This document shows positions 20,926 to 27,155 of a DNA stretch of 34,961 bases, one piece after another; position 1 is the first letter of the stretch; each line of letters begins with the position of its first letter. Made by a program: the position numbers and the translations under genes. Below the pieces are notes generated by a model. It saw only the letters and a program-made list of their open reading frames with translations, was not told where the DNA came from and did not search any database. The DNA is from Acetobacteraceae bacterium (GTDB lineage: Bacteria; Pseudomonadota; Alphaproteobacteria; Acetobacterales; Acetobacteraceae), in the NCBI GenBank assembly GCA_030044345.1, contig JASHVY010000433.1:1-34961 (forward strand), given 5' to 3'.

Positions 20926-21054
20926 AGATCAATATGGCTTCTGGTGGATCGGGGGACCCCGGTGCGAAGCGATCCGCCAAAGCCCACGGGGAAGCCATGA
21001 AATTGATCGAGAAAACAAAGCGAGAGCGTGATGGCCGAAAATCATCACGCTCTA
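20926..21054 (+). repeat. Copy A of a structured intergenic repeat family: module 1 is a long imperfect hairpin and module 2 an 11-bp hairpin
   Basis: Aligns by eye to 31239-31390 with about 13 substitutions over about 129 nt, plus indels. Module 1: GATCAAT/ATTGATC, GGCTTC/GAAGCC and TGGTGGATCG/CGATCCGCCA nested stems. Module 2: AGAGCGTGATG (21023-21033) pairs with CATCACGCTCT (21043-21053). On the minus strand the hairpin is followed by the T-rich CGCTTTGTTTTCTC. Confidence 0.85.
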
Positions 21055-21090
21055 ATGACAGAGAAAAAAGAAAGAACAAAGAAACGCGAA

Positions 21091-21110
21091 GGGCCGGATT
21101 TCTCCGGCCC
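21091..21110 (-). terminator. Rho-independent terminator candidate for the small secreted-protein gene
   Basis: Perfect 8-bp GC stem GGGCCGGA-tttc-TCCGGCCC. On the minus strand it is followed by TTCGCGTTTCTTTGTTCTTTCTTTTTTCTC. Confidence 0.55.
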
Positions 21111-21156
21111 TCCGTCGCTCACGAATGAAAAAAGCTCTCTCACTCGGCCCACGCTC

Positions 21157-21206
21157 AGAGCGTGATGATTTCCATCATCGCGCTCCAAGTTTATTTTTCG
21201 ATCGAT
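21157..21206 (+). repeat. Inverted partial copy of the same repeat family (module-2 hairpin + T-rich tail + TCGATC(G/A)ATTT)
   Basis: GAGCGTGATGA (21158-21168) pairs with TCATCGCGCTC (21175-21185), with one T.G wobble, and is followed by CAAGTTTATTTTTCGATCGATTT. It matches the reverse complement of 31341-31390 and 21003-21054, and abuts the stop codon of the minus-strand gene at 21207. Confidence 0.75.
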
Positions 21207-21485
21207 TTAGTGGCCCGAGCCGGTTCCGTTGACCAGACGCATCGTGCTGTCCCGCACCGGGGTATAGCCGCCAAAAGCGCCGGGGAAGCTCGCGCTCACC
21301 GCCACACTGGTCGTATCATTCGCGGCAGGTGCGGGCGCAGCGCTGCCATAGGTGTAGGGAGTCGAGGCCGCACTAGCGAACTCGGTGCCCGTTGTCGCCT
21401 GGCTGGCGGGAGAGCTCGGGGTCGCGGCCATTGCCGTGCCTGCGATCATGAGCGCGCCAAAGGCGGCACCAAGGAAAGTCTTCAT
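21207..21485 (-). CDS. Small secreted low-complexity (Ala/Ser/Thr/Pro/Gly-rich) protein, unknown function
   Basis: Strong RBS: TTAGGAGTTGTTCTG-ATG. Sec-type signal peptide MKTFLGAAFGALMIAGTAMA|ATP. The mature part has no Cys and no recognisable domain. Terminator candidates lie downstream. Confidence 0.7.
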   Translation of the reverse strand: MKTFLGAAFGALMIAGTAMAATPSSPASQATTGTEFASAASTPYTYGSAAPAPAANDTTSVAVSASFPGAFGGYTPVRDSTMRLVNGTGSGH

Positions 21486-21577
21486 CAGAACAACTCCTAA
21501 CTTCTTTTTGTCGGCGGTAGGCGCGCATTGCGGCTTCGTCGACAGGCGGGAGTTGGGGAGAGACTGAACCGTTCAGT

Positions 21578-21594
21578 ATGCCCAATTTTTGCCA
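21578..21594 (-). promoter_or_regulatory. Sigma-54-like -24/-12 element (TGGCAA-N5-GGGCAT) upstream of the small secreted-protein gene
   Basis: Reverse complement reads TGGCAAAAATTGGGCAT. The GG and GC dinucleotides have the canonical spacing of TGGCAC-N5-TTGCW, but the TT of the -12 box is replaced by GG. A perfect 7-bp palindrome ACTGAAC-C-GTTCAGT (21563-21577) lies immediately downstream. Confidence 0.25.
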
Positions 21595-21735
21595 GCAGCC
21601 ATGCATCATCAACATGGAATAACTGTGAGTGACGCTTTTATTGCATAACGAAGCAGAAATGAATTTGCGTGGCAAAACCCGTCCGCCGCACATGGGCGGG
21701 CCACGCACAGGACAACAACCGGCAGCGGCTTCACA

Positions 21736-21789
21736 ATGAGACGGATGAAAGGATCGTCGCGATGATGAAATTCATCCTCTAGAGAGGAT
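21736..21789 (+). promoter_or_regulatory. Candidate leader upstream of speD: two mini-ORFs and two mutually exclusive hairpins
   Basis: Mini-ORF MRRMKGSSR* spans 21736-21765 and overlaps MMKFIL* (21762-21782) in an ATGA arrangement; AAGGA lies 8 nt upstream of the second ATG. Stem A pairs GGATGAA (21743-21749) with TTCATCC (21771-21777). Stem B pairs ATCCTCT (21774-21780) with AGAGGAT (21783-21789). The two stems share 21774-21777, and the TAG stop lies at the apex of stem B. Confidence 0.3.
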
Positions 21790-21911
21790 TTCACCCTGTT
21801 CTTTCCTCTTGCGTCGCTCGCCCGCTTTGCCTATGTGCCGGGGCCTTAGCCCGCCGGTGTAGAACGATGATTCCGCACCGAGAGGCTGTCTGCTGGTTGC
21901 AGGGGTACGCG

Positions 21912-22361
21912 ATGAACGCACTTGCTCAACTGGGGATGGTCTCGGAAAGCTCCCGAGAGAACCAGGAAAACACCCTCGCCCCCGAGGCGAAGGATTATTT
22001 CGTCACGCGTGACAGGCTTCAATTCGCCGGCACGCACCTGCTGATCGATCTTTGGGGAGCGGAGAATCTCACCGATCCTGTCGCGATCGAAACGGCTCTC
22101 GCCGCGGCGGCGCGCGCCGCCAATGCGACGATTCTGCATACGCACCTGCATCATTTCGGAGCGGAGTGCGGCGTGTCGGGCGTGATCGTGCTGGCGGAGA
22201 GCCACATCTCGATTCACACCTGGCCCGAGCGCAGCTTTGCCGCGATCGATATCTTCATGTGCGGCGCCTGCGATCCCTATCGTTCGGTGCCGCTCATCAA
22301 GGCGGCTTTCCGCCCGCGTTCGATTCTGCTCTCGGAGCATCGGCGCGGCCTTCTTACCTGA
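21912..22361 (+). CDS. speD: S-adenosylmethionine decarboxylase proenzyme (pyruvoyl-dependent, small bacterial type)
   Basis: ...DYFVTRDRLQFAGTHLLIDLWGAENL...GVSGVIVLAESHISIHTWPERSFAAIDIFMCG carries the self-cleavage motif ES|HISIHTWPE. The start is uncertain, with ATG at 21912 preferred; ATG 21867 (track) and 21936 are alternatives. Confidence 0.88.
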   Translation: MNALAQLGMVSESSRENQENTLAPEAKDYFVTRDRLQFAGTHLLIDLWGAENLTDPVAIETALAAAARAANATILHTHLHHFGAECGVSGVIVLAESHISIHTWPERSFAAIDIFMCGACDPYRSVPLIKAAFRPRSILLSEHRRGLLT

Positions 22362-22368
22362 CGCGCCG

Positions 22369-23235
22369 ATGGCGCTCGATGCCTGGGTCAATGAAAGTCT
22401 CTATCCCGCTTGGGGCCAGCGCTTCCGGGTGAAGCGCTGGCTTGCGCGGGCGGAGAGCGCATTCCAGGACATCGCAATCTTCGAGAGCGAGACGCACGGC
22501 CGCGTCCTGATGCTCGACGGCGTGGTGCAGATCACGGAAGCGGATGAGTTCGTCTATCAGGAGATGATCGTGCATGTGCCGCTGCTCGCCCACGGCGCGG
22601 CGGAACGCGTGCTGATCATCGGCGCGGGTGATGGCGGCGTGCTGCACCGCGTGCTCGCACATCGCACGGTAAGCCGCGCGGTGATGGTCGAGATCGATGG
22701 CGAGGTGATCCGCCTCGCGCGCGCGTTCCTGCCGGACATCGGCGGCACGGCCTGGGAAGATCCGCGCGCCGAAGTGATTGTCGGCGATGGTATCGCCTAT
22801 GTGCGAGAGGCCCCGGACGCCTCGTTTGATGTCATGATTGTCGATTCGACCGATCCCATCGGTGTCGGCGAGGTCCTGTTCACCGATGCGTTCTATGCCG
22901 AGGCCGCACGCGTCCTCTCCGCGCACGGCGTGGTGGTGAACCAATGTGGCGTGCCCTTCATGCAGGGTGAGGAGCTGGCGGAGACGAGCCGGCGCCGGCA
23001 GCGGTTTTTCCCCCATGTCGGTGCCTATGTCGCGGCGGTGCCGACCTATGTCGGCGGTTTCATGACGCTCGGCTGGGCGGCGAAGGAATCCCCTCTCGCG
23101 GCACATACACCCGCCGAAATCCGCGCCCGCGCGGAGGCCGCCGGCATCCTCGGCAAGACCCGCTACTGGACGCCCGAGATTCATACCGGCGCCTTCCACC
23201 TGCCGCCCTATATCGCAGCCCTGCTGCCGCCCTGA
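22369..23235 (+). CDS. speE: Spermidine synthase (polyamine aminopropyltransferase)
   Basis: MALDAWVNESLYPAWGQRFRV...QDIAIFESETHGRVLMLDGVVQ.TE.DEFVYQEMI.HVPL...VLIIGAGDGG...VEIDG.V...DVMIVDSTDP. Starts 8 nt after the speD stop. The upstream 44 codons of the track ORF overlap speD. Confidence 0.92.
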   Translation: MALDAWVNESLYPAWGQRFRVKRWLARAESAFQDIAIFESETHGRVLMLDGVVQITEADEFVYQEMIVHVPLLAHGAAERVLIIGAGDGGVLHRVLAHRTVSRAVMVEIDGEVIRLARAFLPDIGGTAWEDPRAEVIVGDGIAYVREAPDASFDVMIVDSTDPIGVGEVLFTDAFYAEAARVLSAHGVVVNQCGVPFMQGEELAETSRRRQRFFPHVGAYVAAVPTYVGGFMTLGWAAKESPLAAHTPAEIRARAEAAGILGKTRYWTPEIHTGAFHLPPYIAALLPP

Positions 23236-23240
23236 CCTTC

Positions 23241-23819
23241 ATGGCCGGATCGGCGTCACCGCCCGACAAGGCTGCTCTGCACCAGGCTGCGCTCTCCCAT
23301 CTCGCCCGTTATGCGAGCACGAGCGCGGGGCTCGAGAAGGTGCTGTTCCGCCGCATCGCACGCTGGGCGCGCCAGGCGGATGGCGAGCGCGAGACGATCG
23401 CCGCCGCCGTGACCATGGCGCAGAGAGCAGCGAAGGAGGTGGTGCAGAGGCTGGTCGCGGCCGGCGCCGTCAACGACGCCGCCTTCGCCGCCGCGCGGGC
23501 CCGGCGGCTGGCGCGTACCGGGAGCTCCCGCCAGCGCATCGCTGCCCATCTCGCCCGCCACGGGATCACTGGTGACGCCCTCACCGCAATATTGCCCGCC
23601 GATCAGGCGGCCGAGCTTCTGGCCGCGCTGGTGCTTGCCCGGAGGCGGCGCATGGGACCGTTCCGCGCGGTCCCGTCGGCGGAGCCGGATGCCGCGCGGC
23701 GTGATCTTGCGGCCTTCGCGCGCGCCGGCTTTCCGCGCGCCGTGGCGCATGCCGCGCTCTCCATGTCACGCGCGGAGGCGGAGGAACGGATCGCCGCCGC
23801 CCGTCTGGCGACGGAATAG
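23241..23819 (+). CDS. recX: RecA regulator RecX
   Basis: 192 aa of repeated helical modules, …ALSHLARYASTSAGLEKVLFRRI…VVQRLVAAGAVNDAAFAAARARRLARTGSSRQRIAAHLARHGI…, typical of alphaproteobacterial RecX. This is a moderate by-eye match. Confidence 0.75.
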   Translation: MAGSASPPDKAALHQAALSHLARYASTSAGLEKVLFRRIARWARQADGERETIAAAVTMAQRAAKEVVQRLVAAGAVNDAAFAAARARRLARTGSSRQRIAAHLARHGITGDALTAILPADQAAELLAALVLARRRRMGPFRAVPSAEPDAARRDLAAFARAGFPRAVAHAALSMSRAEAEERIAAARLATE

Positions 23820-23825
23820 GCCCAT

Positions 23826-25181
23826 TCAAAGGCTTGCGAGCGCAGCATCCACCGCGGCGCGGAGCCGCGAGACGATGAGGTCGATCCCGCTTTCATCGAT
23901 CGTGTAGGGGGGTGCGATGATGATGTGATCGCCGGCCTTGCCGTCGATCGTGCCGCCCATCGGATAGATCGCAAGACCGAAGGCGAGCGCTTTGTCCTTC
24001 ACCCGCTCATGAAGCTTGAGCCCGGGCGCGAACGGGGTCTTCGTGCTGCGCTCCGAAACGAATTCGAGGGCCCGGAAAAGGCCGCGGCCACGGATATCGC
24101 CCACCTGCGGATGATTGCCGAAGCGCTCGATCAGGCTTGCTTCGAGCCGCGCACCCATGTCGCGGACATTGGCAAGCAAATTATCCTCCTTGATCACCTG
24201 TTGGACGGCGAGCGCGGCCGCGCAGGCCACCGGGTGCGCCTGGTAGGTATGGCCGTGGACGAAACGGCCCGTCCCGCCCGCGAGCGAAGCGGCGACGCGC
24301 CGCCCGATCAGGATGCCGCCGATCGGCTGATAGCCGCCGCCGAGCCCTTTCGCGATCACCTGGATGTCCGGCGAAATTTCTTCCTGCTCCCAGGCATGGA
24401 GGGTGCCGGTACGGCCCATCCCGCACATCACCTCGTCCAGGATCAGGAGTGCGCCATGGCGCTGACAGATCTCCCGCACGGCCCGGAAATAGCCCGCGGC
24501 CGGCGGCACGCAGCCGGTTGTCGCGCCGACCACCGGCTCGGCGATGAAGGCGATGACCCGATGCGGGCCGAGACGGCGGAATTCCGCCTCCAGCTCGGCG
24601 GCAAGCCGGGCGGCATAGTCGGCCTCGGTCTCCTCCACGCGCTGGAAGCGATAGGCGAAGCAGGGAGAGACATGGCTGAACACGGGCGAGAGGATGGGCT
24701 CATAGAGCGCCCGACGAGCTCGGTTGCCGCCGGCGGCGAGCGCACCCAGCGTGTTGCCGTGATAGCTCTGCCGCCTCGCGATGAAGCGGGTCCGCTCGGG
24801 CTCGCCCCGTTCGACGAAATATTGCCGGGCGAGCTTGAGCGCCGCCTCCATGGCCTCCGAGCCGGATGAGACGAAGAAGGCATGGGTGAGATCGCCCGAC
24901 TCTCCGGCGAGCAGAAGATCGGCAAGATCCTCGGCCGGATGAGAGGAAAAGAGCGAGGTGTGGGCGTAGGCGACGCGCCGCGACTGCGCTTCGATCGCCG
25001 CGATCACCCGCTCATGCCCGTGGCCGAGACAGGCGACCGCCGCCCCGCCCGAGCCATCGAGCACTTCCTGCCCGGAGGCGAGGCGAAGCCAGATTCCTCG
25101 CCCGCTCTCGACCATCGGTGGGGGCGCTTCAAAGGAACGGTGCAGCAGGCGGCTCACGATGTGACTCGAAACCTTGGACAA
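23826..25181 (-). CDS. Class-III PLP-dependent aminotransferase (aspartate aminotransferase family protein)
   Basis: …LDGSGGAAVACLGHGHERV…FFVSSGSEAMEAALKLARQY…SYHGNTLGALA…LILDEVMCGMGRTGT…IAKGLGGGYQPIG…GHTYQAHP…. The track start is TTG at 25181. GTG at 25157 (MSRLLHRS…) is an equally plausible start. Confidence 0.9.
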   Translation of the reverse strand: MSKVSSHIVSRLLHRSFEAPPPMVESGRGIWLRLASGQEVLDGSGGAAVACLGHGHERVIAAIEAQSRRVAYAHTSLFSSHPAEDLADLLLAGESGDLTHAFFVSSGSEAMEAALKLARQYFVERGEPERTRFIARRQSYHGNTLGALAAGGNRARRALYEPILSPVFSHVSPCFAYRFQRVEETEADYAARLAAELEAEFRRLGPHRVIAFIAEPVVGATTGCVPPAAGYFRAVREICQRHGALLILDEVMCGMGRTGTLHAWEQEEISPDIQVIAKGLGGGYQPIGGILIGRRVAASLAGGTGRFVHGHTYQAHPVACAAALAVQQVIKEDNLLANVRDMGARLEASLIERFGNHPQVGDIRGRGLFRALEFVSERSTKTPFAPGLKLHERVKDKALAFGLAIYPMGGTIDGKAGDHIIIAPPYTIDESGIDLIVSRLRAAVDAALASL

Positions 25182-25214
25182 CTCGAAACCTGGGGCGACT
25201 CGGAACGTGGGGAA
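25164..25214. repeat. Three tandem 17-bp direct repeats (ACTCGAAACCTKGGGNN)
   Basis: u1 25164-25180 ACTCGAAACCTTGGACA, u2 25181-25197 ACTCGAAACCTGGGGCG, u3 25198-25214 ACTCGGAACGTGGGGAA. They lie at the 5' end of the minus-strand aminotransferase, in the region divergent from the htrA-like gene. GANTC (GACTC) sites are at 25163 and 25197. Confidence 0.9.
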
Positions 25215-25335
25215 AATTTAAGCTTTCTCCCGGCCCGGATCGCTGATCAACCCCTTGCGCAGGACGTTGTTCACCTTGAGGCAGAGCAAGAGAAAGGCCA
25301 TTTCCGGAACCTCGCCCGCGCCGGAAAGATTGTCC

Positions 25336-26433
25336 ATGCCGCTCTCCCCCACCCTTCCGATGCATCGCCGTGGCGCCATTCGCGCCGGCCTGGGCATATT
25401 CGCGGCCTTCGCCATCGGGACACCCATGGCGGCCGCCCAATGGATGCCGCGCAGTTTCGCCCCCCTGGTGCGGCACGTCCTGCCGGCGGTCGTGAACATC
25501 GCCGTCACCGAGAAGGCTGGCTCCAACGGAGACATTGCCAGCCTGCTGCCGCCGGAGCTGCGCGGCACGCCCTTCGCACAGCAATTCCTCCGCCGCTTCG
25601 GCCGGGAAGGCGAGGTGCGCGCCGCGGCCTCGGGCTTCATCATCGACCCGAGCGGTGTGATCGTCACCAACAACCATGTGGTCAGCGGCGCGAGCCGCAT
25701 TCTGGTTTCGCTCAGCGATCGCCGCACCCTTCCGGCGCGGGTGATCGGCACCGATGCGCTCACCGACATCGCCGTGCTCAAGGTCGATGCCGGTGGGAAG
25801 CTTCCCTTCGTGCGTTTCGGCGATTCCTCCTCCGTCCAGGTAGGGGACTGGGTGCTGGCTTGCGGCAATCCCTTCGGTCTCGGCGGAACCGTGACCGCCG
25901 GCATCGTTTCGGCAGAGGGACGCAATATCGATGAAGGGCCGTACGACCGATTCCTGCAGATCGACGCGCCTCTCAATCCCGGCAGTTCCGGCGGCCCGCT
26001 CTTCGATCTCGATGGCGGGGTGATCGGCATGAACACCGCGATCGTGGCCCCGAATGGCGGGTCGGTCGGAATCGGCTTCGCCATCCCGAGCAACGCTCTG
26101 GCCCCGATCGTGGCTGAGCTGCGCGCCAGCGGCGCGATCCGTCGTGGCTGGCTCGGGGTCTCGATCGAATCTCTCCCCGATGATTCCGGAAGGGACGCGG
26201 GTGTCCTGGTGACCGGGTTGAGCAGCGGCGGACCGGCCGAGCGCAGCGGCATCCGGCCCGGCGACGTCCTGCTCGCGGTGAACGGGATCGCGGTGCCGAG
26301 CCCGCTCGATCTCATCCGCACCGTCGCCGGCCTGCCGCCGGGCAACCGTGCCACCGTGACCTTGAATCGGAACGGCGCGAGAATGGCGCTGGCGGTGACG
26401 ATCGGCGAGCGGCCGGCCGATGCGCCGGAATGA
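25336..26433 (+). CDS. htrA: HtrA/DegP-family periplasmic serine endoprotease with a single PDZ domain
   Basis: Signal-like N-terminus (…AGLGIFAAFAIGTPMAAAQ). Catalytic triad contexts VTNNHVV (His), TDIAVLKV (Asp) and NPGSSGGPLF (Ser). PDZ block RGWLGVSIE…GIRPGDVLLAVNG. The start is uncertain: ATG 25336 preferred, ATG 25360 or TTG 25255 possible. Confidence 0.9.
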   Translation: MPLSPTLPMHRRGAIRAGLGIFAAFAIGTPMAAAQWMPRSFAPLVRHVLPAVVNIAVTEKAGSNGDIASLLPPELRGTPFAQQFLRRFGREGEVRAAASGFIIDPSGVIVTNNHVVSGASRILVSLSDRRTLPARVIGTDALTDIAVLKVDAGGKLPFVRFGDSSSVQVGDWVLACGNPFGLGGTVTAGIVSAEGRNIDEGPYDRFLQIDAPLNPGSSGGPLFDLDGGVIGMNTAIVAPNGGSVGIGFAIPSNALAPIVAELRASGAIRRGWLGVSIESLPDDSGRDAGVLVTGLSSGGPAERSGIRPGDVLLAVNGIAVPSPLDLIRTVAGLPPGNRATVTLNRNGARMALAVTIGERPADAPE

Positions 26434-26471
26434 GAGGAAATGAGAAGAGCGAGCGAATCGAGGGCGAGGAA

Positions 26472-27155
26472 ATGCGGATTCTGGTGGTCGAGGACGACAA
26501 GGACGTTGCGGGCTTCGTGGTCAAGGGCCTGCGCGAGAGCGGACACGTGGTCGAGCACGCCGACAACGGACGCGATGGCCTCTTCCTGGCGGCGAGCGAG
26601 CCGTTCGATGCGATCATCCTCGACCGGATGCTGCCGGGCGGCATCGACGGCTTGCGGATCCTCGAGACGCTTCGCTCGCAGCGCAACACCGTCCCGGTTC
26701 TCTTCCTCTCCGCACTTGGTCAGGTGGATGACCGGGTGCTGGGACTGAAGGCGGGCGGGGACGATTACCTCACCAAGCCTTTCGCCTTCGCCGAGCTTCT
26801 CGCGCGGGTGGAGGCGCTGACCCGGAGGGGCAAGGGCGAGGGGCCGGCCACCAAGCTCACCGTCGGCGATCTCGAGATGGACCTTCTCTCGCGCGGTGTC
26901 CGCCGCGCCGGGCAGAAGATCGACCTCCAGCCGAGAGAATTCCTGCTGCTCGAATACCTGATGCGGCACGCCGGGCAGGTGGTGACAAGGACCATGCTGC
27001 TCGAAGGCGTATGGGACTATCACTTCGACCCGCAGACGAACGTGATCGACGTGCATGTCTCCCGGTTGCGCCAGAAGGTGGACAAGCCTTTCCCGACCCC
27101 ACTGATCCACACGGTCCGGAACGCCGGCTATATGCTCCGCTCGGACGCACCCTGA
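26472..27155 (+). CDS. OmpR/PhoB-family two-component response regulator
   Basis: ATG at 26472 with GAGGA upstream. MRILVVEDDKDV…AIILDRMLPGGIDG…LSALG…GGDDYLTKPF, then a winged-helix domain …LQPREFLLLEYLMRH.GQVV.R..LLE.VW…NVIDVHVSRLRQK…. Confidence 0.93.
   Translation: MRILVVEDDKDVAGFVVKGLRESGHVVEHADNGRDGLFLAASEPFDAIILDRMLPGGIDGLRILETLRSQRNTVPVLFLSALGQVDDRVLGLKAGGDDYLTKPFAFAELLARVEALTRRGKGEGPATKLTVGDLEMDLLSRGVRRAGQKIDLQPREFLLLEYLMRHAGQVVTRTMLLEGVWDYHFDPQTNVIDVHVSRLRQKVDKPFPTPLIHTVRNAGYMLRSDAP

Noticed and set aside
20934-21128. 64-aa basic ORF (MASGGSGDPGAKRS…MKLIEKTKRERD…) within repeat copy A
   Set aside because: In copy B, indels separate the two halves into different frames and introduce an early stop. 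Conservation is at the DNA/structure level, so it is most likely non-coding. A short MKLIEKTKRERD… peptide cannot be fully excluded.
21780-21911. SAM-type riboswitch upstream of speD
   Set aside because: I could not find the conserved SAM-II, SAM-V or SAM/SAH pseudoknot core by eye. A covariance-model scan would be needed to exclude it formally.
25164-25214. Possibility that the short tandem repeats (here and at 1763, 10897) are CRISPR arrays
   Set aside because: There are only 2-3 units, they are directly abutting with no spacers, they are far shorter than CRISPR repeats, and there are no cas genes.
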